A stretch of DNA of 64,000 nucleotides, from NCBI RefSeq assembly GCF_028368995.1, contig NZ_JAQNDL010000002.1:352001-416000 (forward strand), read 5' to 3'. A model generated the notes under the pieces. The model saw only the letters and a program-made list of their open reading frames with translations, had not been told where the DNA came from and did not search any database. Below, in pieces: positions 20,903 to 30,320 of this stretch. The stretch is from Nannocystis bainbridge (GTDB lineage: Bacteria; Myxococcota_A; Polyangia; Nannocystales; Nannocystaceae). Within the stretch, counting starts at the first letter, position 1. Each line of letters opens with the position of its first letter. Made by a program: the position numbers and the translations under genes.

Positions 20903-21709
20903 TCACTCGGCGGGCACGGGGCCGGGGACGTCGGCGCCGGTGCGCTGGCGGGAGGCGTGGCGCATCTCTTCGATGCGGGCGCGGGCCTCCTGGCGCATGT
21001 TCTCGGGCAAGAAGCTGAGGATGATCGCCAGCAGCATCAGCGACGCGGGCATCAGGAACACCAGGAACTCGACGCGGTGGGCGATCGGGACGGTCACGGC
21101 GGCGCCAGCGGCGAAGGCGGCGATCTTGCCGGCGCGCAGGGCCGCGTGGCGCTTGGCCAGCGCGAGCGCTTCGTCCTTGCTGAACATCAACTCGGCCAGG
21201 TGGATGCCGAGGTCGGTGGCGGGGCCGGTGAGGTGGGTGGTGCGGACGAGCAGGCCGGTGCTGGTAGCGATGGCGGCGTTCTGCAGGCCCATGGCGAAGC
21301 TGAGGATCGACAGCAGGATGAAGTCGGCCGGGACGATGACGGGCCCGCCGAACACCCCGAGCAGCCCGAAATGCCCGGCGATCGCGGTGAACAGGACCAG
21401 GGAGAAGGAGATCCACAGCGGCACGCTGAACCGCGGCCGCTTGTTCTGGTGCGCCCGGCCGTTGATGAGCAGGCCCGAGAGCATCGCCCCGCCGATGAAG
21501 CAGCTCAGCACCAGCGCGAAGTCGAGGAGCGGCATCAGGTGCACGACTTCCATACCCAGGCGCGTGACGGTTCCTGTCACGTGTGTCACGTAGGTCTGGC
21601 AGGCGAGCAGCGCCGCGGCGTTCACGGCGCCGGCGGCGAAGGTAAAAAGCAGCCAGCTCGGGATGTGCCGGGGCGAGAAGATCGATTCGGGGCGGTAGAG
21701 CGTCAGCAT
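20903..21709 (-). CDS. YoaK/DUF1275 family membrane protein
   Basis: AGAVNA, VTHVTGTVT, FAMGLQNA, VRTTHLTGPATDLG. Confidence 0.9.
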   Translation of the reverse strand: MLTLYRPESIFSPRHIPSWLLFTFAAGAVNAAALLACQTYVTHVTGTVTRLGMEVVHLMPLLDFALVLSCFIGGAMLSGLLINGRAHQNKRPRFSVPLWISFSLVLFTAIAGHFGLLGVFGGPVIVPADFILLSILSFAMGLQNAAIATSTGLLVRTTHLTGPATDLGIHLAELMFSKDEALALAKRHAALRAGKIAAFAAGAAVTVPIAHRVEFLVFLMPASLMLLAIILSFLPENMRQEARARIEEMRHASRQRTGADVPGPVPAE

Positions 21710-21819
21710 CGTTTCGCGTTTGGAGAAAGCGGAGAAGCTATTCCGGAGCGCGCAGGCGGGGTGCCACCATTGGCGGGAGCACTCGCTCCTTCTTGCGCTC
21801 GTAGTATAGTCGCGAGACG

Positions 21820-22245
21820 ATGAATTTCATCCACCGATTGAAGAGCGCGGTAGGGATTGGTACGCCCACCATCGCCATCGAGGGCGTCGTGGGTCCGGTG
21901 CGCGCGGGGGAGGTCCTCCGTGGCACCCTGGTGCTGCAGGGCGGAGAGTACGAGGTGCCGGTCGAGCGCGTGATGCTCCGCTTCGACGAGCAGCACCTCA
22001 CGCACAAGGTGCCGAGCGCCGCGGCGCCGCCGGACCGGGTGAGCGAGCGGAGCCTGGCCGCCGCCGAGCTGCCGCTCGACCCGCCGGTGCTGCGCATCGG
22101 CGAGCGAGTCACGCGAGAGTTCACGCTGCCGCTGCCCGCGACGATCGAGCCGAGCCAGGGGCCGCGGGCCTACGCGCTGCTCGCCGAGGTGTCGATCGCC
22201 GGCGTCGACCCGCGCGCCGAGCTGCCCCTCGAAGTGGTTGCCTGA
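21820..22245 (+). CDS. Spo0M-like (arrestin-N-like) protein
   Basis: MNFIHRLKSAVGIG.. N-terminus, GEVLRGTLVLQGG, FTLPLP, GVDP. Short form. Confidence 0.6.
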   Translation: MNFIHRLKSAVGIGTPTIAIEGVVGPVRAGEVLRGTLVLQGGEYEVPVERVMLRFDEQHLTHKVPSAAAPPDRVSERSLAAAELPLDPPVLRIGERVTREFTLPLPATIEPSQGPRAYALLAEVSIAGVDPRAELPLEVVA

Positions 22246-22462
22246 GCGCCCGCGCCTCCGCCGCGGCGCGCCCCAGGACGGCACAAGGGCGGACGGCTCG
22301 GCGAATTTTTTCGTGAGCGAGCGCAGGTCGGCGCGCAGGGCGGAGACGAGCAGCCGAAAACAAGTACGACGAATCCGTCGCCGAGGCGGAGGACGCGCTC
22401 GTGCTCGCGGGGTCGTCCGCCCGGGGTGCAATGATGACAGCAGAGAAAGTCCGAGGCCCGCT

Positions 22463-22521
22463 GTCATTGTTGCGGTGCCGTCATTGTTGCGGTGCCGTCA
22501 TTGTTGCGGTGCTGTCATTGT
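22463..22521. repeat. 17-bp tandem repeat (GTCATTGTTGCGGTGCC) x ~3.5
   Basis: Copies start at 22463, 22480, 22497, 22514. An inverted near-copy lies at 22428-22441. Confidence 0.9.
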
Positions 22522-22692
22522 CGCCAGCGCGGCCGGACGGCTGTCTCGGCGAGCGCGGCGAGGGCTGGATCTTGCGCGGCGTGAACTCCCCCCGGCGTGG
22601 GCCGAACACGGGAGGGTGGCGCGGCTGTGGGGGCACGGGCGAGCGACGGCCGTCGCGGGGTCCCAGGAGCACGCGCACGACGAACGCGAGGA

Positions 22693-24504
22693 TCACGGGT
22701 CGAGCACGACGACGTAGCCGTCGCGGCCGCCGTGGCTGGGCTGGTTGCCGGCGCCGAGGTCGATGCCGTTATTAAAATGACCGGTGGCGGCGACCGAGCC
22801 GGCGTCGGCGGCGGCGACGTGGGTGTCGCGCTGCTCCTGCGGGCCGCCGAGCCGCTTGCTCCACCCGTGCTGGCCGAGCGGGCCAAACTTGGCGACGAAC
22901 ACGTCGCGGTTGTCGAGGGCCATCAGCGGGCCGCCGCCGAGGTCGCAGGAATTGTAAAAGGTGCCGATGACGGCGAGGTTGTCGAGGCCGTCGACGGCGA
23001 CGTGCTCGGCGATCGAGCCGCCCTCGCACAGCTCGCGGCTCCACAGATGGGCGCCGTCGCCGTCGAACTGGGCCAGGTAGCTGACGACGTTGGGGCCCTC
23101 CAGCGGCCCGCCGCCGAAGTCGAGGACGCCGCTCGTGCCACCGGTGAGGCTGACGCGGCCCTTGCTGTCGACCGCGAGGCCGCGGATGGCCTGGCTGCCG
23201 ACGTCGCCCCAGCGCTTGCCCCACTTGGCGGCCCCGGACGGGTCGAACTTGATGAGGAAGATGTCCTCGAGGCCCGCGCTGACGAGCGGGCCGGTGCCGG
23301 GATCGAAGCTGCCGCGCATGCCGCCGGTGACGTAGATGTCGCCGGCCGCGTCGGCGCCGATGCCCATGCCGATCTGCCACTGCGGGTCGCCGAAGCCGCG
23401 GCTCCACGCGTGCGCGCCGGCGCCGGTGAACTTGGCGACGAACAGGTCGTTGGCGCCGGCGCCGAGGAGGGTCGGACCGCCGAGAGCGAGCGAGCCGACG
23501 AAGGCGCCGGTGAGCAGGATGTCGCCGGACGGATCGATCGCCAGATCGACGATGGTGGCGTCGTCGCCGGAATGGAACGAATGGCTCCACTGGTGCTGGC
23601 CGTCGCCGTCGAGGCGGGCGAGGAACAGGTCGGCCTGGGCGGTGGGATTTTTGAGCGGGCCGCCGCCGAAATCGAGGTCGCCGTGGAAGACGCCGCCGAG
23701 GACGATGTCGCCGTCGCCGGCGATGGCGAGGCCGTATTCGGGACCGCCCTGGTAATCGCCGTCGCCGAAGCGCTTGGCCCACAGGAGGGCGCCGTCGGGG
23801 GCGAACTTGGCGAGCAAGACGTCGTAGCCGGCGTGGACCAGCGGGCCGCCGCCGAAGTCGACGTCGCCGTTGCTCCACGCGGCGAGCACGAGGTTGCCTT
23901 CGCCGTCAAAGGCGACCCTGTCGCCCTCGTCGTTGCCGGCCTCGCCGAAGGTGAGGCCCCAGGCGTATGCGCCGTCGCCCTGGCACGGGTCGAGGCCGTC
24001 GCAGCTCTCGTCGCCGGGCGCTTCGCAGGTGTCGCGGGCCGGGACGACCTCGCCGAGGCAGGGTCCCCACAGCTGCTCAGGGCCGCAGGTCTTCTGGCCG
24101 CCGTGGCACTCGCCGACGTCGAGGGTGCCGTCAGGGCCGCTGTAGCAGTCCTGCATGTCCCCGGGGACACATTCGCCGACGACGCCGGTGTCGGTGGCGT
24201 CGGTGGTCGTGGTGGAGTCGGTGGTGACGGAGGTCGTGGTGGTCTCCGTGGTGGTGGTTGTTGTGCCCTGGGTGGTGCTGGTGGTCGGGTCGACGGCGGT
24301 GGTGGGTTCGCCCGTGGAGGTGGTGGACTCGGTGGTGGTCTCGCTGCCCGCGCCGGTGGTGGGCGCGATCGCGGTGGTCGATTCGCTCGCGGTCCCGGCC
24401 TGCGCGGTGGTGTCGGCGGGGTCGGTGTCGGTGGCAGCGACAGGGTCGCCAGGGCACGCGGCGAGGACGAGGGGGGTGAGGCGCAGCCAGCGAGTCCAGG
24501 GCAT
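22693..24504 (-). CDS. lipoprotein with Thr-rich linker, Cys-rich module and SBBP-like beta-propeller repeats
   Basis: Lipobox LAAC, repeated DFGGGPL / DxFVAKF..G..WSKxFG units. Confidence 0.85.
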   Translation of the reverse strand: MPWTRWLRLTPLVLAACPGDPVAATDTDPADTTAQAGTASESTTAIAPTTGAGSETTTESTTSTGEPTTAVDPTTSTTQGTTTTTTETTTTSVTTDSTTTTDATDTGVVGECVPGDMQDCYSGPDGTLDVGECHGGQKTCGPEQLWGPCLGEVVPARDTCEAPGDESCDGLDPCQGDGAYAWGLTFGEAGNDEGDRVAFDGEGNLVLAAWSNGDVDFGGGPLVHAGYDVLLAKFAPDGALLWAKRFGDGDYQGGPEYGLAIAGDGDIVLGGVFHGDLDFGGGPLKNPTAQADLFLARLDGDGQHQWSHSFHSGDDATIVDLAIDPSGDILLTGAFVGSLALGGPTLLGAGANDLFVAKFTGAGAHAWSRGFGDPQWQIGMGIGADAAGDIYVTGGMRGSFDPGTGPLVSAGLEDIFLIKFDPSGAAKWGKRWGDVGSQAIRGLAVDSKGRVSLTGGTSGVLDFGGGPLEGPNVVSYLAQFDGDGAHLWSRELCEGGSIAEHVAVDGLDNLAVIGTFYNSCDLGGGPLMALDNRDVFVAKFGPLGQHGWSKRLGGPQEQRDTHVAAADAGSVAATGHFNNGIDLGAGNQPSHGGRDGYVVVLDP

Positions 24505-24618
24505 GGCTGGCCTATAACCCGCGCAGAACGCCGATGTTGCCGGGACAAACGCGCGCTCGTGTGATTCGTGCAGGGTGATGCCAAACCCGCGCGGCCAGAT
24601 CGATTACCATGGCGATCG

Positions 24619-24972
24619 ATGGCTCGTCCCCGCGCGCGCTGGCTCGTGATCGCAATCGTGGTGGCGCTGGCGGTGACGGGCTACTTCGCTTACCCGTACG
24701 CGGTGGTGGCCGGGCTGGCGCGCTCGATCGCGGGGGCGGAGACGGCGGAGGCGGAGACGGCGGCGCTGTGCCGGGCGAATCGGGCGTTCCACTCGGGCTG
24801 GGCGCCGACGTACTCGGTGCGGACGCGCGACGCGAACGGGGCGGAGCTGCGGCCGTGGCAGGACGGGGCGTACGCGCAGGTGGCCGCGATCACGCTGACC
24901 TGGGCGACCGGTCAATCGGTGGACCGCACGCTGCTGACGCGCGACGGGCTGGCGTGCGTGTTCGGCGAATGA
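24619..24972 (+). CDS. hypothetical membrane-anchored protein
   Basis: N-terminal TM helix (WLVIAIVVALAVTGYFAY). Confidence 0.6.
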   Translation: MARPRARWLVIAIVVALAVTGYFAYPYAVVAGLARSIAGAETAEAETAALCRANRAFHSGWAPTYSVRTRDANGAELRPWQDGAYAQVAAITLTWATGQSVDRTLLTRDGLACVFGE

Positions 24973-25068
24973 GCCGGGCGCGACCCGGCTCATTCGTCGG
25001 ACCGGCGGTCGTCGCCGGGGCGCCGAGTCGTCGCATTCGCCCGGCGCGGCCCGGGGCGAACCGGCGGG

Positions 25069-25557
25069 TCACGCGTCGCCGAAGCCGCTGGCGATCCAGC
25101 GGCTGGCGGTGGCGCTGCTGAGCTTGAAGCTGGGGGCGACGCGGCGCTCGGCCAGCTTCTCGCCGATCGGGTCCCACGCGGTGAGCATCGCGTGCGGGTC
25201 GTCCTCGTCGGGGGCGATGTCGAGGTCGACGCGGATCGAGGCGCCCTCGGCGTCGACGACGGTGACGCTGCGGTGGCGCTGGGCCCGGGCGTGGGCCTCG
25301 TGGCGGGTGACGACGTCGAGGGCGCCCTTGAGCAGGGTCTTGAAGTCGGTGTGGTTGAGCGGCTTGGGGTTCTTCTTGTCACGCCCCATGGTCCACGGGC
25401 TGGTGAGGACCGGCTCGGCGTCGCCGTCGCGGGTCATCGTCACGGCCCAGCCGTCGTCGTCCTCGTTCTTGATCACCTGGGCCGTGAAGCCGCTGGCGAC
25501 CCATCGGCGCGCGTCGCCTTCGCCGCTGTCCGTTTGGTCGGTCGTGTCTTTCGCCAT
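25069..25557 (-). CDS. conserved hypothetical protein
   Basis: AGGAAG SD, typical codon usage, motif PWTMGRDKKNPKPL. Confidence 0.75.
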   Translation of the reverse strand: MAKDTTDQTDSGEGDARRWVASGFTAQVIKNEDDDGWAVTMTRDGDAEPVLTSPWTMGRDKKNPKPLNHTDFKTLLKGALDVVTRHEAHARAQRHRSVTVVDAEGASIRVDLDIAPDEDDPHAMLTAWDPIGEKLAERRVAPSFKLSSATASRWIASGFGDA

Positions 25558-25626
25558 GATGCGGTGCTTCCTTGCTTCCTGCGCGTTTGTACAGCAACCA
25601 CGGCGCCGGCGACAGGCATCGGCGCG

Positions 25627-28443
25627 TCAGGGCTCGCGGACCAGCAGCGAGACGGGCAGGTCGGCGAACACCTCGGCCAGCGGCAGGGCCGCGCCGCGGT
25701 GCTCGGCGCCAGTCAGCAGGTCGCGCCAGGTCCCGGCCCGGCCGAGAGCCAGCGCCTGGTCGCCCCAGGCGGCGCCCAGCGGCCACGGGTGGCGACCACC
25801 GGTCATCGTGTAGGCGAGCCGGGGGACCACGCAGACGAGCTCCTGGTCGCCGTGGGCGCGGCGGAAGGCGACGACGTGCCTGCCGCCGGCGATCGGGGCG
25901 TAGCTGCCCTCGAGGTAGAGGGCGCGGTGCTGGCGGCGGTGGGTCAGGCCGAGGTGCAGGACCATGAGCTTGATCCGGCCGTCGAGGTAGCTGGCCAGCA
26001 GATCGCGGGCGCGGGCGGCGGGATCGGCGGCCTGGGCCCGGATGTCGGCGAGCGCCCCGCGGCGCCGCTCGTAGTCGACGGGCCGGCGGTTGTCGGGGTC
26101 GACCAGCGAGAAGTCCCACAGCTCGCCGCCCTGGTAGGTGTCGGGCACGCCGGGCGAGGCGAGCCGCAGGCACAGCTGGGCGAGGCTGTTGACGGCGCCG
26201 TGGGTCGAGAGCTTGCGCGCCAGCGCGGCGGCCGGGCCGACGAAGCCGGGGTGGGCCAGCATCTCGCGCACGAACCGCTGCAGCGCGGCCTCGTAGGCGG
26301 GGTTGCCGGCGATCCACGAGGTGTGCTCCTTGGCCTCGCGGGTGGCCTTTTCCATGTAGGCGCCGACGCGATCGACGAAGCCGGGCGGGACGCTGTCGCC
26401 GTCGCCGAGCTCGTCCAGCGGGAGGGCGCCGACGACGGTCTGATAGAACAGGTAGGCGTCGTTGCGGCTGGGCGCGAGCGCGTCGTCGACCTCGGTCTTG
26501 TGCGGCCGCGCCAGGCGACTCCAGGCCGAGACGGCGCGCCGCCACTCGTCGGGCAGCTCCGACAGCACGGCCAGCCGCGCGCGCACGTCCTCGCCGCGCT
26601 TGGTGTCGTGGGTGGCGGTGGTGGTCATGGTCCGCGGGAACCGCTGCCGCTGGCGCCGGTTGTGGGCGTGGAAGACGTCGGTGCCGGCGCCGAAGATCGC
26701 CGGGTCGCAGCCGACCTCGTTGAGGCAGACCAGGCGGTTGTAGCGGTAGAGCGCGGTGTCCTCGACGCCCTTGGCGATCACGGGGCCGGTGAGCTGGGCG
26801 AAGCGCATGGCGAAGCGCACCTGCTCGGCGCGTTCACCTGGCTCTTCGGGCAGGTGATGCAGCATCAGCAGGTCGCGCAAGAACTCGAACACGCTGGGGT
26901 CGACGTCGGGGCGGCGGCGCCGGGCCCGTCGCAGAGCGCGGTCGATGCAGGCGTCGTCGCTGGCGGTGCGGGTGCCGTCGGGCCGCACGTAGGTGCGGTA
27001 GACCGGGAAGGCGGCGATGGTCTCGACGATCGCGGTGGTGAGGCTGGCGCGGGTGAAGTCGCGGGAGCGCCGGCGGGTCTGGGCGATGCGCTCGAGCCGG
27101 TGGGCGAGCATGTGGATCTCGCTCGAGAGGCTGGCGCGCAGGATGGCGATCCGCGAGGCGTAGGCGACGGCGTCGTAGTCGCGCTCGGTGGCGATGAAGC
27201 GGTGATAGAAGTTGGTGAGCTTGGGCCCGGCGTCGGGGCGGATCCACAGGCCGTTGACGACGCCGAGGAAATCGTAGCCGGTGGTGCCGTCGACCTGCCA
27301 GTGCGACGGGAGCTGCTCGCCGGGCTCCAAGATCTTCTCGATCACGAGCCAGGGCGGGGCGCCGCCTTCGGGGGCGTGGGCGCGGGCCTCGGCCTGCAGG
27401 GCCTCGAAGTAGGCGGCGGGATCGTAGAGGCCGTCGGTGTGATCGAGGCGGAGGCCGGTGATCCGGCCCTCGGCGATCTTGCGCAGGACGAGCGCGTGCG
27501 CGGCGGCGAAGACGGCGGGGTCCTCCATCTTGACGGCGGCGAGCTCGTTCACGTCGAAGAAGCGGCGGTAGTTGATCTCCTCGGTGGCGACGCGCCAGAA
27601 GCTGAGGCGGTAGACCTGCTCGCCGAGGAACGCCTCGAGGGCGTCGAAGCTGCGCGGGTCGCCGGGTGCGCCGGCGAGCTCGGCGAGGGTGGCGTCGACG
27701 GCGGCGGCGATGACCTCGGAGTCGGCGAGCAGGGCGCCGAGGCGGCGCTTGATGACCTCTTTTTCGCGGGCCCGATCTTCGCGCGCGGCGGGCGGAGTGC
27801 TGGCCTCGCCGGGCAGGTGCTCGATGGCGGTGGAGATGCTGTGGAGCTCGGCCAGCGAGGGGTCGTCGGCCGGCAGCTCGAGGCGAGCGAGCGCGGGGCG
27901 GAGGACGAGGGCGAGCGACTTGACGGCGACCGGGAGGCGGCGCTCGTAGTAGGCGACGAAGAAGCTGCCGCCGTCGCGCACGACCGCGAGCTCGCCGGCC
28001 TCGAGCGCCTCGCCGAACTGACGCCCGAGGATCGGCAGGAGCAGCTTGCCGGCCATGCCGATCTTCGGCGGCGCCCACTCGATGTCGAACCAGCCCTCGC
28101 ACAGCGAGGCCTCGCCGCTCTCGAGCACGTCGTTCCACAGGCGGTTCTCGCCGCTGCCGATGCCCATGTGGTTGGGCACGAAGTCGAGCACGTGGCCGAG
28201 GCCGCGGGCCTTGAGGTCGTCGGTCCAGGCGTCGTAGGCGGCCTCGTCACCGAGCTCGGGGCCGAGGCGGGTGTGGTCGACGATGTTGTAGCCGTGGGTG
28301 CTGCCGCGCTCGGCGTGCAGGTACGGCGAGGTGTAGACGGCGTCGACGCCGAGGGCGTCGAGGTAGTCGGTGATCGCCGCGGCGGCGCCGAAGCCGAACT
28401 CGCCGTGCAGCTGCAGGCGATAGGTCGAGGCGGGGACCGTCAC
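25627..28443 (-). CDS. treY: malto-oligosyltrehalose synthase
   Basis: PASTYRLQL, GSTHGYN, DFVPNHM, INYRRFFDVNEL, GLRLDHTDGL, TATHDTKRGED, LVDPDNRRPVDY. GTGA overlap with treZ. Confidence 0.95.
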   Translation of the reverse strand: MTVPASTYRLQLHGEFGFGAAAAITDYLDALGVDAVYTSPYLHAERGSTHGYNIVDHTRLGPELGDEAAYDAWTDDLKARGLGHVLDFVPNHMGIGSGENRLWNDVLESGEASLCEGWFDIEWAPPKIGMAGKLLLPILGRQFGEALEAGELAVVRDGGSFFVAYYERRLPVAVKSLALVLRPALARLELPADDPSLAELHSISTAIEHLPGEASTPPAAREDRAREKEVIKRRLGALLADSEVIAAAVDATLAELAGAPGDPRSFDALEAFLGEQVYRLSFWRVATEEINYRRFFDVNELAAVKMEDPAVFAAAHALVLRKIAEGRITGLRLDHTDGLYDPAAYFEALQAEARAHAPEGGAPPWLVIEKILEPGEQLPSHWQVDGTTGYDFLGVVNGLWIRPDAGPKLTNFYHRFIATERDYDAVAYASRIAILRASLSSEIHMLAHRLERIAQTRRRSRDFTRASLTTAIVETIAAFPVYRTYVRPDGTRTASDDACIDRALRRARRRRPDVDPSVFEFLRDLLMLHHLPEEPGERAEQVRFAMRFAQLTGPVIAKGVEDTALYRYNRLVCLNEVGCDPAIFGAGTDVFHAHNRRQRQRFPRTMTTTATHDTKRGEDVRARLAVLSELPDEWRRAVSAWSRLARPHKTEVDDALAPSRNDAYLFYQTVVGALPLDELGDGDSVPPGFVDRVGAYMEKATREAKEHTSWIAGNPAYEAALQRFVREMLAHPGFVGPAAALARKLSTHGAVNSLAQLCLRLASPGVPDTYQGGELWDFSLVDPDNRRPVDYERRRGALADIRAQAADPAARARDLLASYLDGRIKLMVLHLGLTHRRQHRALYLEGSYAPIAGGRHVVAFRRAHGDQELVCVVPRLAYTMTGGRHPWPLGAAWGDQALALGRAGTWRDLLTGAEHRGAALPLAEVFADLPVSLLVREP

Positions 28444-30245
28444 GTCGCGTCTCCGCTGGCGCCGTAGATGGCCGCGCGCGCAGGCGGCAGGTCGGGGTGG
28501 ACCTCGCCGCCGCTGGTGAGCAAGAGCTGCCACTCGCGGCCGGGCGGCGGGCCCGGCGGGTGGGCCTGCGGTTCGGGGCCGAAGTCGATGACGAGCACGC
28601 GGTCGCCAGCGGGGCCGCGTCGCAAGACCCACAGGACGTGGTCTCCGACTGTCCCGACGGACATGTTCGATCGGTCCTGTTGGCGGAGGGTCGGATCGTC
28701 GCGGCGCAGGTGCAGCAGGGCGCGGTAGAGGGCGAGCACGCCGGCGTGCTCGCCGGCGTCGCGCTCGGACCAGTCGAGGCGCGAGCGCTCGAAGGTGGCG
28801 GGGTCCTGCGGGTCGGGGATCTTGGCCTGCTGCTCGGGATCGTGGAAGGCGGCGAACAGCTGGAACTCGGCGCGGCGACCGGCGGTGACCTTCTCGCCGA
28901 GCTCCTGCGGGTGATCGGTGAAGAACAGCCAGGGGGCGCTGGCGGCCCACTCCTGGCCCATCCACAGCAAGGGGGTCATCGGCAAGAACAGCAGCAGGGC
29001 CGAGGCGGCGCAGTACTTGTCGAGGCTCGTGAGGTGGTGAAGGCGCTCGCCGAGGGCCCGGTTGCCGACCTGGTCATGGTTCTGCAGGCAGTAGACGAAG
29101 GCGGGCGCGGGCAGGCCGCTGGCGTCGGCGCCGCGCGGCTTGCCGGACGGCGGCCAGGCCTGACCCTCGTAGAGGAAGCCGCGCTCGATGCAGCGGGCGA
29201 GGTCCTGGACGCTGGGCTCGAAGGCGCCGTAGTAGCCGTCGCGCTCGCCGGTGAGGACGACGTGGAGGCTGTGGTGGAAATCATCGGCCCAGATGGCGTC
29301 GAGGCCGACGCCGAGGACGATGGCGGGATCGTTGGTCTCGTCCTCGGCGATGAGGATCCGGTGGTCGGGGGCGCCGCGGACGTCGGCGGTGAGCTCGGCG
29401 AGGATCGGGCGCTCGGTCGGATCGACCATGGCGTGGGTGGCGTCGAGGCGCAGGCCGTCGAAGCCGAACTCGGTGAGCCAGTAGCGGACGTTGTCGAGGA
29501 CGAGCCGCCGCATCGCCGGGGTGGCGAAGTTGAGGGCGTCGCCCCAGGGGGTCTGGACGTCGTGGGCGAAGTACTCGGGGGCGTAGCTCGAGAGGTAGTT
29601 ACCCTCGGGGCCGAAGTGGTTGTAGACGACGTCGAGGAGGACGTTCATGCCGAGGCCGTGGGCGACTTCGACGAGGGCGCGCAGGTCGTCGGCCGGGCCG
29701 TAGCCGGCGTACGGCGCGAAGTGGGCGACGCCGTCGTAGCCCCAGCCGCGCGCGCCGGGGAAGCTCGACAGCGGCATCAGCTCGATCGCGGTGATGCCGA
29801 GCTCGGCGAGCAGCGGCAGCCTGGCAGCAGCGGCGGCGAAGGTGCCCTCGGGGGTGAAGGTGCCGATGTGGAGCTCGTAGAGGACGCAGTCGGCCAGCGG
29901 CCGCGGGCGCCAGTCGGTGGCGCGCGGCTGGTAATGACCGCGCACGACCTCGGCGGGGCCGTGGAGGCCGAACGGGAGGGCGCGCGCGTAGGGGTCGGGG
30001 ACCTCGGCGTCGCCCAGCTTGAAGCGGTAGAGGGTGCCCTCGGGGAGGTCGTAGAAGGCCTCGAACAGGCCGTCGCCGCGCGGCTCGAGCGGGCGGGCCT
30101 CGCGGGCGACGGGCGAGCCGTCGTCGGCCCGGTCGTAGAGGACGACGGCGACTTCGGTCGCGCGGGTGGTCCACACGCGGAAGCGGACGCCGCCGTCGAC
30201 GAGCGCGGCGCCGAGGTCGGACAGGGCGGAAGGATCATGGGTCAT
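28440..30245 (-). CDS. treZ: malto-oligosyltrehalose trehalohydrolase
   Basis: [52 protein letters not shown]. Confidence 0.95.
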   Translation of the reverse strand: MTHDPSALSDLGAALVDGGVRFRVWTTRATEVAVVLYDRADDGSPVAREARPLEPRGDGLFEAFYDLPEGTLYRFKLGDAEVPDPYARALPFGLHGPAEVVRGHYQPRATDWRPRPLADCVLYELHIGTFTPEGTFAAAAARLPLLAELGITAIELMPLSSFPGARGWGYDGVAHFAPYAGYGPADDLRALVEVAHGLGMNVLLDVVYNHFGPEGNYLSSYAPEYFAHDVQTPWGDALNFATPAMRRLVLDNVRYWLTEFGFDGLRLDATHAMVDPTERPILAELTADVRGAPDHRILIAEDETNDPAIVLGVGLDAIWADDFHHSLHVVLTGERDGYYGAFEPSVQDLARCIERGFLYEGQAWPPSGKPRGADASGLPAPAFVYCLQNHDQVGNRALGERLHHLTSLDKYCAASALLLFLPMTPLLWMGQEWAASAPWLFFTDHPQELGEKVTAGRRAEFQLFAAFHDPEQQAKIPDPQDPATFERSRLDWSERDAGEHAGVLALYRALLHLRRDDPTLRQQDRSNMSVGTVGDHVLWVLRRGPAGDRVLVIDFGPEPQAHPPGPPPGREWQLLLTSGGEVHPDLPPARAAIYGASGDAT

Positions 30246-30268
30246 GGGGCAGCTCGGGGTCCGCGATC

Positions 30269-30320
30269 GGACATGGCGAAAGGGTCATGTGCCGTGGGAC
30301 ATGGCGAAAGGGTCATGTGT
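30269..30320. repeat. four-box CATG array within the glgX-treZ intergenic gap
   Basis: Cores at 30272, 30286, 30300, 30314. GGACATGGCGAAAGGGTCATGTG repeated with a 28-bp period. Confidence 0.85.

Noticed and set aside
22463-22521. 17-bp repeat as CRISPR or plasmid iterons
   Set aside because: Head-to-tail with no spacers, and no rep or cas gene nearby.
25192-28467. 1091-aa + strand ORF and similar long ORFs (17135-19648, 30166-32685, 36820-39861, 44868-47525, 57170-59842)
   Set aside because: Antisense shadow frames of well-supported genes, expected in very GC-rich DNA. No motifs.
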